Source: a virus | Lineage: Duplodnaviria > Heunggongvirae > Uroviricota > Caudoviricetes | Strand: one strand, 5' to 3' | Length of the DNA stretch: 64,000 nt | IMG/VR virus record: IMGVR_UViG_3300049783_001441 | In this document: piece after piece, positions 1 to 8,631 of the stretch | Layout: each line of letters begins with the position of its first letter | Numbering within the stretch: the stretch's first letter is position 1 | Made by a program: the position numbers and the translations under genes | Notes under the pieces: generated by a model | Told to the model about the DNA's origin: nothing | Seen by the model: the letters and a program-made list of their open reading frames with translations, nothing else | The model's database searches: none

Positions 1-730
1 CGAGGTAAATACTGGTTGCTGACCATGCGGCGATGCCCGTTTGGCTCACCAGAGTCCAGTTACCCGCTTCGGCCACGGTGAAGGATCCCGCTGCGGTGTG
101 CCCTGCGGTGCTCTTCAGCAAGCGGACGCCCTCCGTCACAGGCTCGCCCGAGGCGTAGGTAGTTCCGCCAACGAACGCGGGGATCTCGTGAGTCGTTACT
201 GGGACGGAGGTAACTGCCGTCCACGAGCCGGCGCTGAAGACACCGGCGCTGGTGAAGGTTGCGCTAGCTTGGTAGACGATACCGCCCGAGTTGACCAGCT
301 CGTCCGCGAGGTAAACCGTCGTTGCGGCCCACGGTGCGATACCGGTCTGCCCGAGCAGTGTCCAGCTACCCGCTTCGGCCTCCGTGAAGGTGGCGGCTGA
401 CGTGTGGCCGGCAGTGCTGCGGAGCAAGCGGACGCCCTCGGTGGCGGTGCCGCCCGAGGCGTAGGTGGTGGCGGCGGTCCAGGCGATAACGTCGGTAGAC
501 GACGCGAGTGTGGACGCGGTTGAGGTCCACGCAGCGCCGCCATAGCGGAACGGCGCGGCGGTGCTACCCAACTGGATGTAGGTGTCTCCGGTCTGCAAAC
601 CGAGCAAAGTACCCGCCGCAATCAGGCTGGGGTCTAGGGTACCTGTGAAGGTGCGGTGTCCGTTTAGCTCAAGGGGTGCGACCCCATCACCGGAGGTTAC
701 GGTAAGGGCAGTGGCGATGGTCCGACTCAT
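1..730 (-). CDS. fibre-like virion protein, N-terminal part (C-terminus lies beyond the window start); contains tandem ~102-aa repeats
   Basis: rc ATG at 728-730 with GGAG 9 nt upstream; minus frame open to position 1 (not in the ORF track because there is no stop inside the window); a 306-nt direct repeat (56-84 vs 362-390; 1-9 vs 307-315) encodes repeated units of the type TYASG.TATEGVRLL.STAGHT.A..FT.AEAG.WTL..QTGIA.W.AT..YL. Confidence 0.55.
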   Translation of the reverse strand, partial: MSRTIATALTVTSGDGVAPLELNGHRTFTGTLDPSLIAAGTLLGLQTGDTYIQLGSTAAPFRYGGAAWTSTASTLASSTDVIAWTAATTYASGGTATEGVRLLRSTAGHTSAATFTEAEAGSWTLLGQTGIAPWAATTVYLADELVNSGGIVYQASATFTSAGVFSAGSWTAVTSVPVTTHEIPAFVGGTTYASGEPVTEGVRLLKSTAGHTAAGSFTVAEAGNWTLVSQTGIAAWSATSIYL

Positions 731-894
731 AGGGGACTCCAAAATGCAGGGTGTAGCTGTGCGTAAGTAAGATACAGCCTAGCATTAACCCAACACCGCG
801 CGCACTACAAACCCACCGGCGCTTAACGCCGAAAAGCCGCGACACTACAGTTAGCGGCGAGGCTTTGAGGTCTGCACTGACGAGCGTTTTCGGC

Positions 895-1896
895 CTAGCC
901 TAGACGCCCGGCTCGCGTACCGAATCGGGCGAATGAACCACTGATACGGGGGTCTGCTGATACGGCGCGGTTGGGGAAAAGTGTTACCCGGACCTTCAGA
1001 TCGGGCTGGATGGCAGCGGCCAATGACGGGTTAGTCGCACCGTCCCCCGCGTCCACCGTGTCTAGTCCGCCGGCCAGCGAGAGGGCGTTACCGTTGCTGA
1101 CCTTGCCGGCCAGCGGGATAACGAGCATCAGGAATGCCGATGTCTCCGGGGCCTTTACGGAGTTGTCATGGAGGTCCACGAGCGCGCCGTGGTCCAACTG
1201 GCGAGGCTTGAGGCCAGCCGAGTTAGCAAGCGACGAACCACCCTTATTGGTGACGGTTGCGATTCCACTGGAGTTACCTACGTGCGACCGGAACAGGCCA
1301 TGGTGCGTCGAAACCAGCGCGCAATGCGTGGGTGAGTTCGACAGAGCGCGGCCTTTGTGCAGGAAGTACTGCTCAATACCGCACCGCTGGATCAGGTTCA
1401 AGTCTGATTGGAGCGGTGCGCCGTCGTCGGCGCTGAACGCGTCAACCGCCATATGCGAGGCTAGGAACTCGGTGCGCCAAGCGGTGTCTCCACCCAGTGC
1501 CTTACGCGAGACGGCGACCCCGTGCTGACCCAACTGGTGATGGATGGACCCGTAGGTTCCGCCAAACAGGTTGGTGTCTGCAAACGGGCGGTCCGGCGTG
1601 GCCAATGCTGTGCCCGCGTAGAACTGCGGGTAGCGGAACAGCGGCACAAACATCGTGGTGGTGTCGGCGTCGTACACGACCGAGCCGGTCGGGAAGTTGT
1701 TGGCAACCTCGATAGCCGTCGCGGCTGCGGCGGTCGTCATAACGCCGCGGGGTAGATTGACGGTGTCGTAGATAGGGTCGGTAGGGCGGACGTTTCGGAT
1801 AAACTCCCCATACGAACTAGCGCTAGCTTGCTGGCATCCAGCAGCGGTGGAGGCAATCGGGGATGCCAGGTTACCGGTGGGGCGGCTTCGGTTCAT
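895..1896 (-). CDS. virion structural protein, paralogue A (333 aa; family not recognised, capsid-like or vertex/fibre-associated)
   Basis: about 50% identical to the 8632-9630 product (DPIYD..PRG, PLFRY, GGT.GSIH, LASHMAVDA.S.DDGA, SPTHCALVS, GLKPR.LD.GALV.LHD.SVKAPET, RVTLFP.R.VS); GGGAG RBS; lies directly upstream of the fibre gene. Confidence 0.55.
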   Translation of the reverse strand: MNRSRPTGNLASPIASTAAGCQQASASSYGEFIRNVRPTDPIYDTVNLPRGVMTTAAAATAIEVANNFPTGSVVYDADTTTMFVPLFRYPQFYAGTALATPDRPFADTNLFGGTYGSIHHQLGQHGVAVSRKALGGDTAWRTEFLASHMAVDAFSADDGAPLQSDLNLIQRCGIEQYFLHKGRALSNSPTHCALVSTHHGLFRSHVGNSSGIATVTNKGGSSLANSAGLKPRQLDHGALVDLHDNSVKAPETSAFLMLVIPLAGKVSNGNALSLAGGLDTVDAGDGATNPSLAAAIQPDLKVRVTLFPNRAVSADPRISGSFARFGTRAGRLG

Positions 1897-2117
1897 TGTG
1901 TTCTCCCATGCCGCGCTGAAACGGCAAAGTGATGATAGGGTCTATTTTTCGTGGCGTCGTTGGGCATGGTTGGATCCGTCCCAGCGGTGTAATAATAACG
2001 GGTCGCGACCATCTTATCACGGTTGACCGGGGCGTAGTCACCTGCTTTGACCGGCTTTACGGCGCTAGCCGCCGCCACCCCTTCACCAGCACCCACGGAA
2101 AGGCTTACCCAGCACAC
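1893..2117 (-). CDS. small hypothetical protein (74 aa)
   Basis: ORF with ATGA overlap onto 895-1896; no recognisable motif; could instead be a non-coding divergent promoter region. Confidence 0.25.
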   Translation of the reverse strand: MCWVSLSVGAGEGVAAASAVKPVKAGDYAPVNRDKMVATRYYYTAGTDPTMPNDATKNRPYHHFAVSARHGRTQ

Positions 2118-2209
2118 CAGCCCGGTGGTAGTTTTTCTTGGGGCCTACGCGCGAGGGCTACACACCGTAACCCTAGCTGCAAGGCCCGCTATGCACCGGC
2201 CCCCGCTCG

Positions 2210-3670
2210 GTGGGGCAGGCTGCACTGTGGGTTTTTCGGTTGGCTTGTAGCGGCTCGCGTTGTTACATTTCCGTACTAGGAGGGACCATCGCAAACAAGC
2301 CCAGCGTAGGTAAACAGATCGCGAAGTTAGTGCGGGAGCGGCAAGCCGACGCCGCGCAACGGCAAGCCGTTGCCTGCGGCGACCGCGGCGGCACTAAGCG
2401 CTCTGCCAACCCGAAACCTAAGCCGCTACCCCCGTTACCGCCGCAAGCGGTGCTCCAACCCGCCCCTAACCGGGTGGCGTTGTGCTCGGGTTGTGGCCTC
2501 AACACAAAGGACACGCCCCCGCTGCCAGTCCGCACCGCGAGGCCAAAAGCTAAGTTCCAACTGATCTTTAGGTGCGCCAGTGAAGAGGGACTACACGCGG
2601 GTAACTATGAATGGCTCAACGGCATCCGGCATATGCTGCCGCCCTTTGAGCCTTTACCGTTGCTGCGCTGCCCGCACGGTGCGCCCGCTGCGCTCAAAAA
2701 CGCCATGCGTGGCGATACTCACCTTAAAAAGCGGCTACTCGGTTGCCAGCTCGCCGAGCTAGACTGGGCTAAGACGACCACCAGCGAGACCGTACTCGTG
2801 ACTCTGGGTTCGTCGGCGTTCGGCGTGCTCCAGACCGCGCTAGGGGTCACCGATAAAAAGGATAAAGTCAAGTGGGACGACGTTTGGGGGACGTACATCA
2901 CGCTTGCCGGGCACACGGTTTACGTGGCGTCCGACTGGACCATGCCGAACTACCTTTCCGAGCACATGCGCGGGGTGGACATCGCCCGTATGTCCCGCCG
3001 CCCTGCCCGTGAGCAGCCGGACCCTATTTACCGGGTAGACCCTGGACAGTTCCTAAAGGCGCTGAAGGTAACCAAACGCAAGTGGGGTCCGATTGCAGCC
3101 GACATCGAGACCGGAGGCTTCGAGCCGCAGTACCAGCCGCTCCGAACACTCGGCATAGCTCACCCCAGTTACGGCGCTTTGGTGCTTGCGGCGCGGGATA
3201 TGGACGGCACTCGGCTCTTTAAAAAGAAGTGGGTCAAACGCTGTGTCGAGGCGTTGTACGAGTACGCGGTTATCTGGCATAACTCCACCTTCGACACGCG
3301 CTGGCTGGAGTACAAGACGGGTAAGCTCGCGGGTCCGAACACCCTGGATACGATGCTTCTACACCGTATTCTGTTCGAGTTGGCCCCGCATAGCTTGGCG
3401 GTTGCTTGCTCCATGGAGTGGTACACCGGCGGGTGGAAAGACGGCCTAAACCACGGGCTATCCGTGCGCTACTTGTCCGACCTCATGCTCTACAACGGCA
3501 TGGATTGCCTCAATACGTGGCGGCTGTACGCGATTCTGTGCCAGCGCTATCAGGCCGAATACGGCTACCCGGCTTACCCGATTCCGGCTCTCATACCGCA
3601 ACCGGGCCGCATCATTCACGGGGTTGAACCACCGCACCGCTTCGGCGAGCTTGTCCGGGTGGCCGCATGA
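2210..3670 (+). CDS. DNA polymerase I-like 3'-5' exonuclease (DEDDy) protein
   Basis: Exo I AADIETGGF, Exo II IWHNSTFDTRWL, Exo III YNGMDCLNTWRLY; 5' end uncertain (N-terminal about 60 aa low complexity; AGGAGG at 2279-2284); 4-nt overlap with the next ORF. Confidence 0.75.
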   Translation: MGQAALWVFRLACSGSRCYISVLGGTIANKPSVGKQIAKLVRERQADAAQRQAVACGDRGGTKRSANPKPKPLPPLPPQAVLQPAPNRVALCSGCGLNTKDTPPLPVRTARPKAKFQLIFRCASEEGLHAGNYEWLNGIRHMLPPFEPLPLLRCPHGAPAALKNAMRGDTHLKKRLLGCQLAELDWAKTTTSETVLVTLGSSAFGVLQTALGVTDKKDKVKWDDVWGTYITLAGHTVYVASDWTMPNYLSEHMRGVDIARMSRRPAREQPDPIYRVDPGQFLKALKVTKRKWGPIAADIETGGFEPQYQPLRTLGIAHPSYGALVLAARDMDGTRLFKKKWVKRCVEALYEYAVIWHNSTFDTRWLEYKTGKLAGPNTLDTMLLHRILFELAPHSLAVACSMEWYTGGWKDGLNHGLSVRYLSDLMLYNGMDCLNTWRLYAILCQRYQAEYGYPAYPIPALIPQPGRIIHGVEPPHRFGELVRVAA

Positions 3671-5058
3671 CTGTCTCCGCACCTATACCGATTCGCGACC
3701 TACGCGTGGACTGGTCAGCCCCGGAAGCCGACCGCCGCGAGGACTACGCGGGCCGGGTAATGACCCGCAACGGGATCCCCGTCCAGCACGACGTAGCTTG
3801 GAAGCTGTACCGCCGCCTAGACGGCATCGTGAACGAGTTCACGGACTACATTCGGGAGCGCGTCCCCGGCTTCACCTTGACAGCTGCCGGCACTCACAGC
3901 GTCGTGTATCGCCACCTGGGGTTGTCGCCGGACTTGGAGTTACCCGAAAACGTCACCCTCACCGACTCGGGCGGTTTTTCGACAAACCACGCCGCACTTT
4001 GCGGCATAGTGCGCAAGCTGGGTGATGACTCTAGCGCGAAAGAGCTACTTCGCCGGGTCATACTGGCCAACAAAGCGCAGACCACGCGGGACGCCGCGAA
4101 GTCGTTCCTACACCCGGACAGGCTCACGCTGCTGGAGTGCGCCGGGGTAAAAGTACCGAAACCCAATGACTACCACGTCGTGGACGGGTTCATCCATTGC
4201 CGGTTCTCCCCTAAGACCTTGAACGGGCGCTTCGCCGCGTCCAAGCCCAACAACCACGGGTACAACAAGGCGATAAAAGCCATCTTTGGGCAACCTGGGT
4301 GGTCGTTCATCCAGGCCGACGCGGACCAGATCCACATTCGCATCCAGGCGAACGAGTGGGGGATCCCTCGCCTGTGTAACGTGCTGAATAGCGGCGAAGA
4401 TCCTCACATGGCGGTTATGCGCGCCCTCTGGGGTGACGCCGAGGTCGCGAAGCTGCCCGGATTCAACGGGTGGGTAAAGAAGCCGGATCCGGGCTCGGAG
4501 GCGGACGCCTGCCGGCAGTTGGGCAAGGTGCTCAACTACACCGGGGCCTACGGCGGCGGCGCGGCTACGTTGCTAGCGGCGGCGCTCAAGCCGATTAACC
4601 GCCTCGGCATACCGGTTATGCACGGTGCCGGTCTGGCGCAATTCCAAGACTTGCTGCGCTCGCGGAAAGCGCTAGAGCCCGAATGGGCGGAGCACTATTC
4701 TCGCGTCCGTGCCGAGTGGAAAGCGCGGGGTTACCTCGAAACCTCCGCGACCCGTCGCCGGTTCCGCTGCAAAGGCGGCAAGGTTACCGAGCTTTACAAC
4801 TGCACGGTTCTCGGTTTCGAGGCGGACCTCATGGGTGCAATGACTCACGGTGCCGCCGTGAAGTGGCCAAAGTACCTAGTTAACCAGTCGCATGACTCCC
4901 TGGTTCTGCACGCTCCTGACGAGATGGCGGAAGAGTTAAAGCGCGAACTGGAGCTGCACATGAACGTGCGCTACATCGCTAATCCGGGCTTCACCGCCCA
5001 CAATACCCCCTACACTGCGGGTGCCTCCATCACCCCCACGCTACAAGAGGTCAAGTAA
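3667..5058 (+). CDS. family A DNA polymerase, polymerase-domain protein
   Basis: motif A-like FIQADADQIHIRI, motif B RQLGKVLNYTGAYGGG, motif C NQSHDSLVLHAP; ATGA overlap with the exonuclease ORF. Confidence 0.8.
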   Translation: MTVSAPIPIRDLRVDWSAPEADRREDYAGRVMTRNGIPVQHDVAWKLYRRLDGIVNEFTDYIRERVPGFTLTAAGTHSVVYRHLGLSPDLELPENVTLTDSGGFSTNHAALCGIVRKLGDDSSAKELLRRVILANKAQTTRDAAKSFLHPDRLTLLECAGVKVPKPNDYHVVDGFIHCRFSPKTLNGRFAASKPNNHGYNKAIKAIFGQPGWSFIQADADQIHIRIQANEWGIPRLCNVLNSGEDPHMAVMRALWGDAEVAKLPGFNGWVKKPDPGSEADACRQLGKVLNYTGAYGGGAATLLAAALKPINRLGIPVMHGAGLAQFQDLLRSRKALEPEWAEHYSRVRAEWKARGYLETSATRRRFRCKGGKVTELYNCTVLGFEADLMGAMTHGAAVKWPKYLVNQSHDSLVLHAPDEMAEELKRELELHMNVRYIANPGFTAHNTPYTAGASITPTLQEVK

Positions 5059-5870
5059 TGGGCACCACCAAAAACGCCAAGAGCAAAGCCGAAACGCCAG
5101 CTACCGTAGCCGACAAGCCACCCAAGCTGTTCTACCGTTACCTGATTGACGGGGGCAGGTCGGACAGCACCGCCAGCCTATACACGCGCATAGTGTCGCG
5201 CTGGGCCGACTACGAAGGGATGCTCGCGTACCTCGCCAGTCGTTCGCACCCGGACGCGGCGGAAGGCACCATGTGCCCGCTGATCAGCGCGGCTAACCAC
5301 TGGTGCGACTGGATGAGTTTGCCTCGGTCCCCCGTTAAGTACCGTTGGCGCAAAGTGGACGCTTACCTCGGGCTTATCGTCACCCGTGTAGAGGCGCTGG
5401 ACTTCCTAGACTTGTGCCCTCCGGGGCTCTCTAGGCTCTGTGCGCAGTTCGTTTTGGAGACCGGGCTCCGGGGTAACTCCCTGGTCGCTATCACCCTGCC
5501 CATGATTGCCGACGCCCGCGCGTCTAAGTTCCTACGCGTGCGGGGGAAGCGCGGGAAGCTGATCCAGTTGAGGGTTAGCAAGCGGGGCTGCAAGATTCTA
5601 AAGAAAATCAACAAGCTAGGTGGTTTCCCGCCCAACGAAGAAACGCTGCGCCGTCACTGGCGAGCGTGCCGAGCCGGGTACACTGGCCCCCGCGAAGACA
5701 TAAAATCATGGAAGATGCACACGTTCCGCCACGCGTTCGCCACCGAGTTGGCCCGCCGGGGAGCGCGGGAACGGGCGCTGCAAGAGATTCTAGGTCACTC
5801 GGACCCGAAAACCACTGCTCGGTATGTCCACCACATTGCGATCGACGATGCTATGCAGTTGCTCGAATAG
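5058..5870 (+). CDS. tyrosine site-specific recombinase (short, Xer-like, no arm-binding domain)
   Basis: C-terminal catalytic signature HTFRHAFATELARRG ... LGHSDPKTTARYVHH (H-x-x-R ... Y); start overlaps the polymerase stop. Confidence 0.75.
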   Translation: MGTTKNAKSKAETPATVADKPPKLFYRYLIDGGRSDSTASLYTRIVSRWADYEGMLAYLASRSHPDAAEGTMCPLISAANHWCDWMSLPRSPVKYRWRKVDAYLGLIVTRVEALDFLDLCPPGLSRLCAQFVLETGLRGNSLVAITLPMIADARASKFLRVRGKRGKLIQLRVSKRGCKILKKINKLGGFPPNEETLRRHWRACRAGYTGPREDIKSWKMHTFRHAFATELARRGARERALQEILGHSDPKTTARYVHHIAIDDAMQLLE

Positions 5871-5884
5871 CCTGGAGTCCCACT

Positions 5885-6631
5885 ATGCCGAAAGCCCGCC
5901 CCACGAAAGCCCGACCCTTTTACCCCTTGGTGCGCAACCCGCTGGCAGCGGAGTTTGAGCCTAACCAAACCGGGGACGCCCTGGACCGGTTCTACACGCC
6001 GTGGCCGCTCGCGCGGTTCGTCGCGTCGTTCGTCAAGTCGGTGTGTCTGAAGCACGAGTTACCCGTGAACTCCGTCATTGAACCCTCGGTCGGTGGCGGC
6101 GCGCTCGCCATGGCGGCGCGCTCCCGGTGGCCGCACGCCTCGCTGCAACTGGTGGACCTCGACCCGGAGGCCGCCGGGCTCAAGCTGCCGCTGCACGAGC
6201 CGGAAGGAGTTACCGCCTACCACCAAGACTGGCTCACCTCGAAGCTACGCGCGGACCTAGTGCTTGCAAATCCCCCGTTCACGGGTGCCAACGCCCTGCC
6301 GCACGTATGGCACGCAATGGCTTGTGCGGACACCGTGGCGCTCTTGCTGCCCTTGTCCCTGCTCGGAGGCGTAGGGCGCTGGAAAACCACTGTGCAGGGG
6401 CGCGAGCACCGCCTCATAGCCGTTGGGGCCGTTCACCCGCGACCGTGGCCGCTTAGTCTTCGCGAATCCGCCGTGATGATCTGGACCCGGCACGTAACCG
6501 TGCATCACAAGCTGGACCTCGGACCGGAGCTAATCGCCACGCCCCGCTGGACGTGCGTAGCCCCGAAGGTGAGCAAAGCTAGCGCAGACGCCGCCCGTGC
6601 AAGGCGAGCTGGTCGCCGCTCTGCGGACTAG
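5885..6631 (+). CDS. N6-adenine DNA methyltransferase (NPPF)
   Basis: DRFYTP, motif I EPSVGGGALA, motif IV LANPPFTG; ATG 5885 with GGAG 8 nt upstream (the track ORF 5666-6631 is an upstream extension into the recombinase gene). Confidence 0.65.
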   Translation: MPKARPTKARPFYPLVRNPLAAEFEPNQTGDALDRFYTPWPLARFVASFVKSVCLKHELPVNSVIEPSVGGGALAMAARSRWPHASLQLVDLDPEAAGLKLPLHEPEGVTAYHQDWLTSKLRADLVLANPPFTGANALPHVWHAMACADTVALLLPLSLLGGVGRWKTTVQGREHRLIAVGAVHPRPWPLSLRESAVMIWTRHVTVHHKLDLGPELIATPRWTCVAPKVSKASADAARARRAGRRSAD

Positions 6632-7311
6632 AGCCCGTGGCGTAGCGCGCCTGGGTGGAACACTTCCATCGGATTGTAGCCGTGGTCGCCTTGCTCGTCA
6701 GCTCGCATAGCTAGGATAGCCGCCGCGGCGCGGGTCGCGCCGCCCGATACGCGGTAGGTCGCCCGCACGTTACCGCCAGAGTCTATGATCTCTTCCGGGT
6801 GGCCCGGTTCAGGGCTCCAACACACAGCAGTTGGTGGGCTGCCAAGGGGCCATTCAGGGCGGCCTATCTCGTCCGCAGACAGGGTAAACCCGGCGCAAGC
6901 GATGTCGATAAAGGCACCGAGCGCCGGGCACACTAACCACGCGTGCATTTCCGGTAATGTCTTCGCCGCGAGCTGCATTTTAACGTCGGGGTGGTCCCGC
7001 CCTTGCCACTCGAAGCCCACGCGGGACGGGCCACCGTCGTCGCCGCGCCCACCTTCAGTAAACTGGTGCCAATAGGCCGTACCCGCGACCACGTGCAGCC
7101 GTGGTAACCCCGCCTTTCTCGCAGCCGCAACCGCCGCATACGACGCGGTCACGCACTGTAAACCGAGCCCGCTCTCTGCGATTTTGTCCGGGTCCATACC
7201 TTCGCGTAGGAGGGTCCGGCCCACCAGCTCTGACAACCGGCAAAGCTGGTTGGCACGTACTGGACCGAGCAACCGGGGGTCTCGGCTTACTGTAACTTCT
7301 AGTTGTAGCAC
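6628..7311 (-). CDS. hypothetical protein (weak NlpC/P60-like Cys motif)
   Basis: GLQCVTASYAAVAAARKAGLPR resembles the DCSGLV..Y......G..LPR Cys box; otherwise unassigned; last gene of the minus-strand structural block. Confidence 0.4.
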   Translation of the reverse strand: MLQLEVTVSRDPRLLGPVRANQLCRLSELVGRTLLREGMDPDKIAESGLGLQCVTASYAAVAAARKAGLPRLHVVAGTAYWHQFTEGGRGDDGGPSRVGFEWQGRDHPDVKMQLAAKTLPEMHAWLVCPALGAFIDIACAGFTLSADEIGRPEWPLGSPPTAVCWSPEPGHPEEIIDSGGNVRATYRVSGGATRAAAAILAMRADEQGDHGYNPMEVFHPGALRHGL

Positions 7312-7324
7312 GGCGGCTCCTACC

Positions 7325-8470
7325 TTAGAATGCGCTCATAACGGTTCGCCGCCAACCGCCCGTGAACTTAATGTAGAGGTAGTCTACACCGCCGTCCGTC
7401 CCGTATGCGAAACAGCCCACCGAGGCCGTGGACAGAGACGCCGACGTTGCGATGGTGCCGTCAGCGGACAACGCGAGCCGCAGCCCTTGGTGCTCGTCGC
7501 CCGCCTTTTGCTCGATGTCTAGGGTCGCGGTGGCGTTCGTGCTCACCGCCGCGGCGTCCCCGTTGACCTTGTGCAGACCCGTGGTGCCCGCGACGAAGCC
7601 TGCGATGGTGTGGCCTAACGACGCCGTGCCGCTACCCGCGCCCTGGAAGTCGATCCCGAACGCCGCGCCTTGCGCTTCGGCGATGGCACCGCGCCCAACG
7701 GCGGCAGAATGCAACCCCTTAGCCTGCGAGCCGGTGCCGATAGCTACGCAGTCCGTGTCGCTTACCGACGCCCCTACGCCTATGGCCACGTAGTCCACGG
7801 CCCCCGCGCCGATTATGGTTCCAAAGCCAAAATCGTAGTTCCTGGCAGACACCGCCAGAACCGTGGACGCTGCCACGCCGCCCGTCAGTAGCAGGTCGGC
7901 TTGGTCCGTGCCTAGCAGCACTGTCGAGAAGCTCTTTAGCTGGGATGTCAGCGAGGTTACGGTCAGGGTGCCGACATTCGTGGTGCCCGTGTCGGTAACT
8001 GTCAGCAAGGTCGCCGCAGCGCCCACAACAAACTGTGAGTTGTTGACGCCCTCCGTCACCACGAAGCCGCTGGAGTCTCCGACGCCGTGTACGAAACGGC
8101 AGGTGGTGGTCGCAGTCGCCGCCCCGGCTACCGTCCAGTCAGCTTGTTGTAGCTGCGTCCAGTTAGCCCCGTCATACGCCGTGATGTCACCGGTAGTGAT
8201 GCCTGGGATGCTCGTGTCGGTCAGTGCCAGGAACGTGGTAACTCCGGCGCTTGCGCCCCCGGTTGCGATCCACGCCGCCCCATCGTAGCGCCACAAGCTG
8301 TCAGCGCTGGTGGTGTCTAGGAAGGTGTCACCGAGAGCAAGCTCGCGGAAGGTGTAACCAGCAGCGTTCGGGTCGCCGGCCCCTATAAACCACCGTGAAC
8401 CCCTTATCTTCATGGCGAAGATCCCGTCGCCCCCGGACAACTGGATGTTTTTGTACGCTGTGGGTGGCAT
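7325..8470 (-). CDS. Gly/Ala/Thr-rich fibre or spike protein
   Basis: 381 aa, low-complexity G/A/T/V-rich shaft-like sequence with an N-terminal conserved-looking domain (KNIQLSGGDGIFAMKIRGSRWFIGAGDPNAAG); immediately downstream of paralogue B. Confidence 0.55.
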   Translation of the reverse strand: MPPTAYKNIQLSGGDGIFAMKIRGSRWFIGAGDPNAAGYTFRELALGDTFLDTTSADSLWRYDGAAWIATGGASAGVTTFLALTDTSIPGITTGDITAYDGANWTQLQQADWTVAGAATATTTCRFVHGVGDSSGFVVTEGVNNSQFVVGAAATLLTVTDTGTTNVGTLTVTSLTSQLKSFSTVLLGTDQADLLLTGGVAASTVLAVSARNYDFGFGTIIGAGAVDYVAIGVGASVSDTDCVAIGTGSQAKGLHSAAVGRGAIAEAQGAAFGIDFQGAGSGTASLGHTIAGFVAGTTGLHKVNGDAAAVSTNATATLDIEQKAGDEHQGLRLALSADGTIATSASLSTASVGCFAYGTDGGVDYLYIKFTGGWRRTVMSAF

Positions 8471-8631
8471 GTGTGCTCCGCGTGGGTCTGGGGTCTTGCG
8501 CCGCGCAACCCGCGCCGGCAGCGCAAAGGCGCTAGCTGGTGACGGGTAACCCGGAAAAGTAGAGGCATAAAACAGAGCCGCCCCGCCCGAGCAAACGAAC
8601 AGGGCGGCGGTCAGTCAACCAGAGGGTCGAC

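Noticed and set aside
196-621. Pro/Arg-rich minus-strand ORF and plus-strand ORF 41-400
   Set aside because: Wrong-frame shadows of the real minus-strand fibre gene (1-730), whose frame shows clean 102-aa repeats and an RBS
5666-5884. N-terminal extension of the methyltransferase ORF into the recombinase gene
   Set aside because: The ATG at 5885 with a GGAG RBS just after the recombinase stop is the sensible start. The extension lies in a different frame over a coding region
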